Shown piece after piece: positions 1 to 8,842 of a stretch of 64,000 bases of DNA (positions within the stretch are counted from its first letter, which is position 1; every line of letters begins with the position of its first letter). A program made the position numbers and the translations under genes. The stretch is from the NCBI GenBank assembly GCA_910585255.1, contig CAJUEI010000003.1, positions 2,782 to 66,781 of the forward strand, read 5' to 3'. The DNA comes from an uncultured Lachnospiraceae bacterium (GTDB lineage Bacteria > Bacillota > Clostridia > Lachnospirales > Lachnospiraceae). Below the pieces are notes generated by a model. The model made no database searches. It was given only the letters and a program-made list of their open reading frames with translations, and had not been told where the DNA came from.

Positions 1-1
1 G

Positions 2-481
2 GAAGCGAATATCGTAGTGGCACACTGTGCGGATTCTAATATTAATATCTGCAGCGGGATTGCTCCTGTACGGCGTTTGGTAAAAGAAGGGGTTTGGGTA
101 ACACTGGGATCGGATATCGCCGGAGGGGCACAGCTTTCTATGGCAGAGGTGATTACTATGACCATTCGCTCTTCTAAGATTAAGGCGATGCAGGAAGGGG
201 AAGAGAAGGAGTTTCTCTCTGTAGCAGAAGGATATTATTTGGGAACGGTTTCAGGACATCGGTATTTTGGAGCGGGGGAAGGATTTTGCAGCGGGGATTT
301 TCTGCATGCAATTGTAGTAGAAGACAGTGACAGGATTTCGCTTGGAAGAGAGATGTCTTTAAAGGAACGATTTGAGCGTGTAATCTATCGGATGAAAAAA
401 GAAAATATTGCAGTAGTCTACTCAGAGGGAAGAAAAGTAATAGATAAAATACAAGTACAAGAAAGGATAAGAGCGGAATGA
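2..481 (+). CDS. C-terminal part of a metal-dependent amidohydrolase (guanine deaminase / chlorohydrolase-like); the 5' end lies upstream of the window
   Basis: The frame is open from nt 2 (EANIVVAHCADSN...). HCADSN...GSDIAGG resembles the His/Asp metal-ligand strands of the amidohydrolase superfamily. The stop overlaps the next start (ATGA at 478-481). Confidence 0.6.
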   Translation, partial: EANIVVAHCADSNINICSGIAPVRRLVKEGVWVTLGSDIAGGAQLSMAEVITMTIRSSKIKAMQEGEEKEFLSVAEGYYLGTVSGHRYFGAGEGFCSGDFLHAIVVEDSDRISLGREMSLKERFERVIYRMKKENIAVVYSEGRKVIDKIQVQERIRAE

Positions 482-1101
482 GTCAGAAGTTTTATGCAGT
501 AAGAAAGGGGAAAGAGCCGGGAGTCTATCAGGATTGGAAAACGTGCAGAGAACAGATCAGCGGGTTTTCTGGAGCGGTTTATAAAAGTTTTTTGACTAGA
601 GAGGAGGCAGAACAGTTTTTGGAGGGAGAGATAGAAGTAGAAGAGTCTTATTTATTAGAAAAGACAACAATTTTTACAAATGAAGAAACCGTGGTTGCCT
701 ATGTGGACGGGAGTTTTGAAAAGATAATTGGAAAATATGCCTATGCCTGTGTGATTTTATTTAAAGGAGAGATAACGGAACTGTCAGGAACAGGAGAGGA
801 AGAGGAGTATTTAAGTATGAATAATGTAGCGGGTGAGATACTGGGAAGTATTTGTGCCATTCAATGGGCAATCGAGCATCAGGCAAAAAAGATTCATATT
901 TATTATGACTATGAAGGAATTGCTAGATGGGCGGATGGGGACTGGAAGGCAAATAAGAAAAAAACAAAAGAGTATCAGGAGTTTGTAAAAGAAAGCCGGA
1001 AAAAAATCGCAATTTGTTTTACAAAGGTAGCGGCCCATACCGGGGTTGAGTTAAATGAACGGGCGGATAAGCTGGCAAAGCAGGCTTTAGGAGTTTTATA
1101 G
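478..1101 (+). CDS. rnhA: Type 1 ribonuclease H with an N-terminal hybrid-binding domain
   Basis: The N-terminus KFYAVRKGKEPGVYQDWKTCREQISGFSGAVYKSFLTREEAEQFL is the RNase H1 / caulimovirus-type hybrid-binding fold. The C-terminal part carries DEDD candidates (YVDGS, AGE, YYDYEG, NERADKLAK). Confidence 0.8.
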   Translation: MSQKFYAVRKGKEPGVYQDWKTCREQISGFSGAVYKSFLTREEAEQFLEGEIEVEESYLLEKTTIFTNEETVVAYVDGSFEKIIGKYAYACVILFKGEITELSGTGEEEEYLSMNNVAGEILGSICAIQWAIEHQAKKIHIYYDYEGIARWADGDWKANKKKTKEYQEFVKESRKKIAICFTKVAAHTGVELNERADKLAKQALGVL

Positions 1102-1117
1102 GAAAGAGGGAGAAGAG

Positions 1118-3760
1118 ATGGATATTAATCAGGTATTGGATACGTATGATGCTATGTTTGGAGCTTATAGTTTGGAACAGATAGATGCTTTTTTAGAAAA
1201 GATGATAGAGGAGGCACTGGCAGAAGGAGATGTTTCTTCGATTATTACTTTAGTAAATGAAATGATTGGATTCTGCCGGGATACTGGTAAGGAAGAGCGG
1301 GGAATTGCGTACTGCAGTCAGTTAATTACATTAATGCGGGATTTGGAGATGGAAGGTACCATTCCCTATGCAACTTCTATGCTGAATATAGGAAATGCCT
1401 ATCGGGCTTTTGGATGGTTAGAAGAGGCAATGGAGTGCTATCAGACGGTAGAAGTGATCTATGATCAGGATTTGGATGAATATGATTTTCGGTTTGCAAG
1501 TCTTTATAATAATTGGAGTCTGCTTTATCAGGAGATGGGGGAATTTGTCTATGCAAAGAAAGCACTTTATAAAGCACTTGCTATTGTTTTACTCTATGAT
1601 GAGGCTAAGATAGAACAGGCTGCAACACATACAAATTTGGCGGTTACACTGCTGCGGCTGGGGGAGATAGAGGAAGCAGAAAAACATTTAAAGCAGGGGC
1701 TTGAAATTTATGAAGAAAATGGAGGAGAAGATTTTCATTACAGCGGAGCATTAGCGGCAGCCGGAGATGCCTGTTATCTCAGGGGAAGGCAAGAAGAAGC
1801 CATTCACTATTATAAGACGGCAATGGAAAAATTGGAGAAACAGGTAGGAAGGACAGAGGCATATAAGCGGATTTCTGAAAATTGCCAAAAGGCGGAGGAA
1901 GAGCTTAAGCGGCAGAAGGAAGAAAAGCAGAAGCAGCAGGACAAAAAGGCAGAGATAATACAAAGCAGAGAAACAGAGAAAGAAGAAGAAAAGGACGAAG
2001 AAGAGAATAAAAATAGAATAATTAAAAAAGAAAAGGCAATAACAAAAGAAAAAACCATAGAAAAAGAAGCAGCGATAACAAAAGAAGAGCCTATAACAAA
2101 AGAGGAAGCACTTTCACCTACAAAAGAACGAACAGGGGTTTATTTAGAAAAGTGCAGAGAGTTCTATATGCAATATGCTGCTCCAATGATTCATGCACGT
2201 TTTCCAGAGTATGAACAGCAGATAGCGGTGGGGCTTGCAGGAGAGGGTTCAGAGTGCTTTGGATATGAGGACGAGATTTCAGCAGATCATGACTTTGCAC
2301 TAGGGCTTTGTCTTTGGATACCGGAGGAATTAAACTGGACAATAGGAAAAGAATTGGAGGCGGCTTATCAGGAACTTTTAAGCCATTCTGTATTAAAAGG
2401 AGAGAAGACAGCGGAATATTCGTCTGCTTTTCGGGAAAATCAACGGCGGGGCGTGATCACGATAAATGAGTTTTACCGCTATTTTTTAAGACAGCCGGGA
2501 CTGCCTGAACAACTTAAGGAATGGATGCAGATACCAGACGGAGCCTTGGCGGCAGCTACAAACGGGGCAGTATTTCGGGATGATGCTGGGATTTTTTCTG
2601 GTGTTCGGAAGAAGCTGAAGGAATATTATCCAGAGGAAGTATTTCGCTGCCGATTAGCAGAAGAACTTACGTATTTTTCTCAATACGGACAATATAATTA
2701 TTCTCGTATGATGGCAAGACAGGATTATGTAACAGCAAAGGTTTCTCTGTCTGAATGGATGGTGCATACCATGCGGATTGTATATTTGCTCAATCGAGCC
2801 TATGAGCCTTATTACAAATGGCTGCGGAAGGGGCTGCTCTCTTTGTCGATTTTACCGGAGATTGGGGATATTTTGGATGCAGTGGCAGATATGCCGGATC
2901 AGCGGGAGGCATGGAAAGATGTGCATTATTGTGCAGGCGAAGTAAATGGTGCTGATCAGATTGCACTTACGATTGAGCTGGTGGCACGTTATCTTTTGGC
3001 GGAGCTGCAGCGGCAGGGACTGGTCAGGGAAGAGAGTACGTATCTGGCTTTTCATGCAGAGGAATTGCTGCTGAATAAAAAGAAAAAAGGGTTTGAGCTG
3101 CAGGGAAAACCAAAAGAGCAGACAGAACAAAATAAGACAGAGTATATGGATTTAATTTCTAGAATTGTCCATCTGGAGTGGCAGCAGTTTTATAATGTGC
3201 AGCAAGAAGGAGAAAGGGCAGAGTGCCAGAGTGATTGGAAGACATTTCAGATTATGCGGAAGAGTCAGTATCTGACATGGAATCGGGAACTGCTAGTCAG
3301 CTATTTAGAAGATCTTTTGGAATCGGAAAAGAATGGATGGAATCTGATTATGGAGAAGTATGCCCGTATGATGGAATCGACAGCACCAGAAGAATATCAG
3401 AAGTTAAAGCCGCTGCTTCCTAAGCGTGAAATAGAAAGGATTGTCTTGCAGGAAGAGATTATTAAAATTCAGGTAAGCTGGATGGAGGAGTTTTCAAAAA
3501 AGTATCCTTTTATGGCAAGAAATGCAAGAAACATCTACAGTGTGCAGGATACGCCATGGGAGACCTCATATGAGACATATCTTCGCGGAGAACTTGGAAT
3601 TTATTCGGATCGAACGTTGGAACTTTATGGACGGTTTGTAGTTGAGCTGGCACAAAAGAAGAAAAATTTGGCTGAGATGATTATGGAAAATACAGCTGAA
3701 TTTTATGGCTATTCGTCAATAGATGAGGCAGAACAATCTCTGTTAAAAAAGCAGGAATAA
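1118..3760 (+). CDS. 880-aa fusion protein: TPR repeats, K/E-rich repeat linker, minimal nucleotidyltransferase-like domain (DUF4037-like), DUF4125-like C-terminus
   Basis: TPR-like helices at the N-terminus (NIGNAYRAFGWLEEAMECYQ, NLAVTLLRLGEIEEAEKHLKQ). GLAGEGSECFGYEDEISADHDF fits the G-S...D-x-D nucleotidyltransferase motif. RBS GGGAGAAGAG lies before the ATG. Confidence 0.6.
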   Translation: MDINQVLDTYDAMFGAYSLEQIDAFLEKMIEEALAEGDVSSIITLVNEMIGFCRDTGKEERGIAYCSQLITLMRDLEMEGTIPYATSMLNIGNAYRAFGWLEEAMECYQTVEVIYDQDLDEYDFRFASLYNNWSLLYQEMGEFVYAKKALYKALAIVLLYDEAKIEQAATHTNLAVTLLRLGEIEEAEKHLKQGLEIYEENGGEDFHYSGALAAAGDACYLRGRQEEAIHYYKTAMEKLEKQVGRTEAYKRISENCQKAEEELKRQKEEKQKQQDKKAEIIQSRETEKEEEKDEEENKNRIIKKEKAITKEKTIEKEAAITKEEPITKEEALSPTKERTGVYLEKCREFYMQYAAPMIHARFPEYEQQIAVGLAGEGSECFGYEDEISADHDFALGLCLWIPEELNWTIGKELEAAYQELLSHSVLKGEKTAEYSSAFRENQRRGVITINEFYRYFLRQPGLPEQLKEWMQIPDGALAAATNGAVFRDDAGIFSGVRKKLKEYYPEEVFRCRLAEELTYFSQYGQYNYSRMMARQDYVTAKVSLSEWMVHTMRIVYLLNRAYEPYYKWLRKGLLSLSILPEIGDILDAVADMPDQREAWKDVHYCAGEVNGADQIALTIELVARYLLAELQRQGLVREESTYLAFHAEELLLNKKKKGFELQGKPKEQTEQNKTEYMDLISRIVHLEWQQFYNVQQEGERAECQSDWKTFQIMRKSQYLTWNRELLVSYLEDLLESEKNGWNLIMEKYARMMESTAPEEYQKLKPLLPKREIERIVLQEEIIKIQVSWMEEFSKKYPFMARNARNIYSVQDTPWETSYETYLRGELGIYSDRTLELYGRFVVELAQKKKNLAEMIMENTAEFYGYSSIDEAEQSLLKKQE
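1900..2110 (+). repeat. Low-complexity A/G-rich coding repeat encoding the K/E-rich linker, with reiterated xITKE(E/K) units
   Basis: GCAATAACAAAAGAA, GCGATAACAAAAGAA and CCTATAACAAAAGAG recur within about 70 nt. The peptide reads KEKAITKEKTIEKEAAITKEEPITKEEA. Confidence 0.6.
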
Positions 3761-3854
3761 AGTGGTATTTTTTTAAAAAATAAAATAAACTGCTTGTATA
3801 ATAGAAGAAATTGTGTCAAAATATTGGGGAATAAATGAAAGGGAGTATTATGTA

Positions 3855-5171
3855 ATGGGAAAAAGTAATCAAAACAGGCAAGGAAAAGGAAGGCAGTCAT
3901 CAGAAGGAAAAGAAGGTGCAGAAAAGATTGTAACAAAGTACGATCGGAAGATGGAAGCCAGACGAATTCAGGCAGAAAAAGAAAGACTTGCGGCAAGACG
4001 CTGGAAGATTGGTACTTTAGCAGCAGGGCTTTGTCTGGTCTGTATTTTGGCAGGGGTAACCATTCGCTCTGTTGTAAAAAAACAGGCAGCCTTAAAGGAT
4101 GTCTATATTACGGTGGGCAGTCATGAACTGACCCAGTTAGAATATGACTATTATTATAACAGTGCGGTAAATAGTTATATTAATACGTATTATTCTTATC
4201 TCTCCTATATGGGACTGGATCTTTCAAAGGATTTTGCAGAGCAGAACTATAGTGATACTCTGACTTGGAAGGACAATTTTGATCAGATGGCAGTGGATAG
4301 TATAACAGAGATAAAGGCAGTAATGGACGATGCAAAGGCACAGGGATTTGAATATGATGTAACAGAAGACTATCAGTCTTATTTGGAGAATATAAAAAAT
4401 TCGGCATCGGAAGCAAAGATTTCTGTTGCCAAATATTACACTTCTTCTTTTGGAACCTATGCTACAGAGAGTAATATGGAGCCGTTTATAAAAGAGATGC
4501 TGTTTGCATCTGCTTATTATGAACATCTAAAAGAACTCTATGCCCCATCAGAAGAAGAAATTACCACTTATTACGAAGAAAATAAAAATAGTTATGATAA
4601 AGTGGACTATCATGAATTTTCATTTCAGGCGGAACTAGAAGAGGGGGCTTCTGAGGAAGCGATAACAACGGCTATGCGTGATTTGAATACACAGGCAGAC
4701 GAGATGATTCAGCGGTTAAAGGCAGGGGAAGATTTTGAGATTTTGTGTGAGGAATATGCAAAAGAGGATCAGAAAGCAGAGTACAGTGATCCAGAGACAG
4801 AAAAATCTTTCCATGCAGATGCTACTTATTTTTCGGTATCTTCTCAGTATGCCGAGTGGATATATGAAGAAGGACGTGCTGCAGGAGAGATAACAAAGGT
4901 AGAGGATACGGAAAATCATGCAGTTTATGTAGTACAGTTAGATGAGAGAAAATATGACGAGACCTGCCGCACTACAATTTCTGAACGGCTGGTCAATCAG
5001 ACAGTAAGCGAATATGTAGGCGGATTAAAAGAAAATTATTTGGTAACAGATAAAAAAGGAGAATTAACGTATTTAGTAAAGCAGCAGACAACATCAGAGG
5101 AAGGAGAATCTAGTTCAGGAGAAACAGATTCTTCCGAGGAGGGATCTGAAACACAGACAGCAGCAGAATAG
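3855..5171 (+). CDS. Membrane-anchored SurA/PrsA-like (degenerate parvulin-type) foldase, putative
   Basis: One N-terminal TM helix (IGTLAAGLCLVCILAGVTI) is followed by an extracytoplasmic domain ending in a parvulin-like ...GEITKVEDTENHAVYVVQL. I chose the ATG at 3855 behind GGGAG rather than the track GTG at 3813. The C-terminal tail is S/E-rich. Confidence 0.45.
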   Translation: MGKSNQNRQGKGRQSSEGKEGAEKIVTKYDRKMEARRIQAEKERLAARRWKIGTLAAGLCLVCILAGVTIRSVVKKQAALKDVYITVGSHELTQLEYDYYYNSAVNSYINTYYSYLSYMGLDLSKDFAEQNYSDTLTWKDNFDQMAVDSITEIKAVMDDAKAQGFEYDVTEDYQSYLENIKNSASEAKISVAKYYTSSFGTYATESNMEPFIKEMLFASAYYEHLKELYAPSEEEITTYYEENKNSYDKVDYHEFSFQAELEEGASEEAITTAMRDLNTQADEMIQRLKAGEDFEILCEEYAKEDQKAEYSDPETEKSFHADATYFSVSSQYAEWIYEEGRAAGEITKVEDTENHAVYVVQLDERKYDETCRTTISERLVNQTVSEYVGGLKENYLVTDKKGELTYLVKQQTTSEEGESSSGETDSSEEGSETQTAAE

Positions 5172-5190
5172 ACAGTAGATTGGAGAAGAA

Positions 5191-5237
5191 AAAGACTTTA
5201 GTAAAAGGGATAAGAACCCCCTACTAAAGTCTTTTTC
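5191..5237 (+). terminator. Rho-independent terminator
   Basis: AAAGACTTTAGTA (5191-5203) pairs with TACTAAAGTCTTT (5222-5234) and is followed by TT, directly after the stop at 5171. Confidence 0.7.
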
Positions 5238-5466
5238 CATCCATAAGGATAAGTATCGAATTGAATGTAAAAAAATGGATGCGGTTTCCCGCATTTATTA
5301 AGTAAAAGAAGAAATACAAAGGATAGAAAAATTGTAACATAAGAATAATAGATTGACAATCTTTTATCTATAGAATAGGTTTAAAAATTATTCTTATAGC
5401 TAACAAAGGCGAGAAAAAGCAGAAATAGTGACAAAATTCGACAAAATTCTTGTAATAAAATGCTAA

Positions 5467-5495
5467 TTGACACCTTTTCTTTGTTATAGAATAAT
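5467..5495 (+). promoter_or_regulatory. Candidate sigma-A promoter upstream of the XRE regulator
   Basis: TTGACA (5467-5472), 17 nt, AATAAT (5490-5495). A related TTGACA...TATAGAATA motif also occurs at 5353-5377. Confidence 0.3.
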
Positions 5496-5603
5496 AGAAC
5501 ATAGAAAAAATAAGGAAAAGGGAAAACGGGGAAGCAGTAAGATTAGAAATTTAAAAGCTGCGAAGCAATTAGGGAATGTCAACGGAAACGAGGGGAAAAT
5601 TTT

Positions 5604-5840
5604 ATGAACAATAATTACAGGGGAACAGATTATGAGGAAAAAACTGTAGGAGAGCGAATTGTGGAACTAAGCAGAGAAAAGGCGGTGACATATTATCGGA
5701 TTGCCGATAGAGCAGATATTCCTATGTCAACCATTATGAATCTGATTAGCGGTCGAATTAAAAATCCCACTTTAGATACACTGCAGGGAATCTGTCGTGG
5801 TTTGGAAGTCTCTTTAAACGAATTCTTTGCTGAAATGTAG
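5604..5840 (+). CDS. XRE-family helix-turn-helix transcriptional regulator
   Basis: 78 aa. VGERIVELSREKAVTYYRIADRADIPMSTIMNLISG is a typical Cro/C1 HTH. RBS GAGGGG lies before the ATG. Confidence 0.8.
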   Translation: MNNNYRGTDYEEKTVGERIVELSREKAVTYYRIADRADIPMSTIMNLISGRIKNPTLDTLQGICRGLEVSLNEFFAEM

Positions 5841-5934
5841 CTTCTATCGGAAAATGATTGAATTAAATTACAGAATCGGGTAAAATAAGACTAATTTGAT
5901 TTGTTCAAGTAAATTTTACCAGGAGGATGTGACC

Positions 5935-7887
5935 ATGAGGATAAAAGTATCGAATTATATTGCTCAATTATTGGTGGAACATGGGATTTCCCATGTATTT
6001 ACCGTTACAGGCGGAGGTGCTATGCATTTAAATGATGGATTAGGACATCAAGAGGGATTGACCTGTGTATATAATCATCATGAACAGGCTTGTGCCATTG
6101 CAGCGGAGAGTTATGCCAGAATTTATAATAAAATAGCAGCTGTCTGCGTTACGACAGGACCGGGGGGAACGAATGCCATTACAGGGGTAGTAGGAGGATA
6201 TTTGGATTCGATTCCTATGTTTATCTTGTCAGGGCAGGTGCGTTATGATACAACAGCCCGCAGCACGGGATTAAATTTGCGTGCGATGGGAGATCAGGAA
6301 TTTGATATTACAAAAGCAGTCAGCAGTATGACAAAGTATTGCGAAATGGTAATTGATACCAAGAAGATTCGCTATTGTGTAGAGAAAGCACTTTATATTG
6401 CACAGAGCGGAAGACCAGGACCTTGCTGGCTGGATATTCCAGTGGATATTCAGGGAAGCTATATTGATACAGAGGAGCAGACGGCGTTTGATCCAGAAGA
6501 ATATCAAAGAGAAAATAGGACAATCCTTCCTTCTTTGACAGAAGAAAAAACCGTACAGGCTGTACTTGCAAAGATAAAAGAGGCGAAAAGGCCCATATTT
6601 TATGCCGGAAACGGAATTCGGATTGCAGGAGCACATGCGGTTTTTCGGCGAGTAACAGAGAAACTAAATATTCCGGTCGTTACGGCATGGGACAGTATTG
6701 ATGCAATAGAGGATGCTCATCCTCTCTATGTGGGACGCGGCGGGATTATGGGAGATCGTGCAGGAAACTTTGCTGTACAAAACAGTGATTGCATTTTGGC
6801 TGTTGGAAACCGGCTGAGTATTCGTCAAGTTGGCTATCATGTAAAGACATGGGCAAGAGAGGCATTTGTGATTATGGTAGATGCTGATGCGGAAGAGATG
6901 AAGAAGCCAGTTCTTCACTGTGAGATGCCAATCCATGCCGATGCAAAAGAGTTTTTGGAAAAATTAGAAAAGGAATTGGAAAAGGAATTAGAGGGAAAAG
7001 AGACAAAATGGTTTCAGCAAGAAAAATGGCTGACCATATGCCAAAACTGGAAACAGAACTATCCAGTGGTACAGCAAAAGCACTATCAGCCGCAGCCTTG
7101 TGTCAATGTCTATGCATTTATTAAGGAGTTAAGCAGCCGGCTTTTGGAAAACCAAGTTACTGTTGTAGGAAACGGTTCGGCATGTGTAGTCGGAAGCCAT
7201 GGCTATATAATAAAAAAGGGACAGCGGTTTATTATTAATTCTGCAATCGCTTCAATGGGATATGATCTGCCGGCGGCAATCGGAGCATGTGTAGCTTTAT
7301 ACGGCAATCGGGTTTTAAAGAGGGCAAGACCAACGATAGATTCCTGCGGAAATCCTATTAAAACAGAAAAAGATATAGAAGAGCGGAAAGAAAAGAGTGA
7401 TTTGGATCTTATTTTAGTAACAGGAGACGGCAGTATTCAGATGAATCTGCAGGAGCTGCAGACCATTATTCACCATCGGATGCCGATTAAGATCTTTTTA
7501 ATTAATAATAATGGCTATCATTCCATTCGGCAGACACAGAGCAACTTTTTTGGAGAGCCTTTGGTTGGAATCGGATATGACAGCGGAGATTTAAGTTTTC
7601 CTGAGATGGAGAAACTAGCAGGGGCATATGGCTATCCCTATAGGAGAATCGAGAAAAATGAGCAGTTAGGGGAGCGGATAGAGGAGACATTGGCCATGGA
7701 AGGACCCGTTATCTGTGAGGTAATGGTCTCAATGGATCAGAAATTCGAACCAAAGTCTGCTACTCGGCGATTGGAGGACGGCACGTTGGTTTCTCCTCCT
7801 TTAGAGGATTTAGCACCATTTTTAGATCGGGAGGAATTAGAGAAAAATATGCTGATTCCTTTGGTGGAGGAATCTTATGGCAAGTAG
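5935..7887 (+). CDS. Thiamine-diphosphate-dependent enzyme, acetolactate-synthase large-subunit-like
   Basis: N-terminal pyrimidine-binding domain (VFTVTGGGAMHL, HEQACAIAAESYAR, TTGPGGTNAITG). C-terminal TPP motif GDGSIQMNLQELQT...INNNGY. I chose the ATG at 5935 behind AGGAGG instead of the TTG at 5896. Confidence 0.85.
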   Translation: MRIKVSNYIAQLLVEHGISHVFTVTGGGAMHLNDGLGHQEGLTCVYNHHEQACAIAAESYARIYNKIAAVCVTTGPGGTNAITGVVGGYLDSIPMFILSGQVRYDTTARSTGLNLRAMGDQEFDITKAVSSMTKYCEMVIDTKKIRYCVEKALYIAQSGRPGPCWLDIPVDIQGSYIDTEEQTAFDPEEYQRENRTILPSLTEEKTVQAVLAKIKEAKRPIFYAGNGIRIAGAHAVFRRVTEKLNIPVVTAWDSIDAIEDAHPLYVGRGGIMGDRAGNFAVQNSDCILAVGNRLSIRQVGYHVKTWAREAFVIMVDADAEEMKKPVLHCEMPIHADAKEFLEKLEKELEKELEGKETKWFQQEKWLTICQNWKQNYPVVQQKHYQPQPCVNVYAFIKELSSRLLENQVTVVGNGSACVVGSHGYIIKKGQRFIINSAIASMGYDLPAAIGACVALYGNRVLKRARPTIDSCGNPIKTEKDIEERKEKSDLDLILVTGDGSIQMNLQELQTIIHHRMPIKIFLINNNGYHSIRQTQSNFFGEPLVGIGYDSGDLSFPEMEKLAGAYGYPYRRIEKNEQLGERIEETLAMEGPVICEVMVSMDQKFEPKSATRRLEDGTLVSPPLEDLAPFLDREELEKNMLIPLVEESYGK

Positions 7888-8842
7888 GATAGAACATGCT
7901 GTCGTAACAGGAGCGACCGGAATGATTGGGATAGCACTGACAGACTATCTGCTAAGCCAGGGAGCTTGTGTAACAGCTTTGATAAGAAAAGGCTCAAAGA
8001 GGGCAGGGCGGCTTTCTGATCGGAAGGGATTAAAAAAAATAGAGTTGGATTTAACGGAACTTTCAAAGGAAGAAGTTTTATTGTCAAGCGGGGGAATAGA
8101 GCAGAAGCAGGACGTATTTTTTCATCTGGGGTGGGAGGGGACATTTGGAGATTCCCGAAATGATATGGACTTGCAAAATAACAATATTCGTTATACACTA
8201 GATGCAGTGCGGCTGGCAGCCCGTCTGGGCTGTCAGGTGTTTGTGGGTGCTGGTTCACAGGCGGAGTATGGACGGACGGAACAGAAACTGACGTCTGCTA
8301 CACCGGCATTTCCTGAGAATGGATATGGCATTGCAAAATTGGCAGCGGGGCAGATGAGCCGTATTTTGTGTCAATCTTTGGGGATGCGGCATGAGTGGGT
8401 AAGAATATTAAGTATCTATGGAGCATTTGATCTAGAGCGAACGATGATTATGTCAGCGATCCGCAAGTTTGCAGCAAAAGAGACGGCAGGATTTTCAAAA
8501 GCAGAACAGCTTTGGGACTATCTCTATGTAAAAGATGCGGCACGTGCATTATATTTAATTGCGGAGCGGGGAAGGGACGGAGCAGTTTATCCAATTGGAA
8601 GCGGAACAGCACGACCGCTGAAAGAATATATTTTTACGATTTGGGACAAGATGGATAGGGAAGGAGAGATTGCTCTTGGAGCAGTTCCTTATGCAAAAAA
8701 TCAGGTGATGTATTTGTGTGCCGATATTTCTGAACTGACAGAGGATACGGGGTTTGTGCCAAAGTATACATTTGAAGAGGGAATAGAAGAGACGATACAG
8801 TGGTATGGGAAAGGAACAGGTTTGATTCATGAAAAAGGTTAG
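7877..8842 (+). CDS. NAD(P)-dependent epimerase/dehydratase/reductase (extended SDR)
   Basis: VVTGATGMIGIAL Rossmann motif and YGIAK (YxxxK) catalytic motif. Overlaps the upstream gene by 11 nt. Confidence 0.8.
   Translation: MASRIEHAVVTGATGMIGIALTDYLLSQGACVTALIRKGSKRAGRLSDRKGLKKIELDLTELSKEEVLLSSGGIEQKQDVFFHLGWEGTFGDSRNDMDLQNNNIRYTLDAVRLAARLGCQVFVGAGSQAEYGRTEQKLTSATPAFPENGYGIAKLAAGQMSRILCQSLGMRHEWVRILSIYGAFDLERTMIMSAIRKFAAKETAGFSKAEQLWDYLYVKDAARALYLIAERGRDGAVYPIGSGTARPLKEYIFTIWDKMDREGEIALGAVPYAKNQVMYLCADISELTEDTGFVPKYTFEEGIEETIQWYGKGTGLIHEKG

Noticed and set aside
1900-2110. Short reiterated sequences that might suggest a CRISPR-like or minisatellite array
   Set aside because: They are in frame within a long ORF and encode a K/E-rich linker. 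There is no repeat-spacer regularity.
811-4919. Short antisense or alternative-frame ORFs inside the first four genes (for example 811-1038, 1377-1577, 1751-1963, 1810-2058, 2118-2342, 2852-3130, 3235-3423, 3709-3996, 4180-4526, 4716-4919)
   Set aside because: They are embedded in longer ORFs that have recognisable domains. Their composition is Leu/Phe/Ser-rich, as expected from reading A/G-rich coding DNA on the wrong strand, and they have no RBS.
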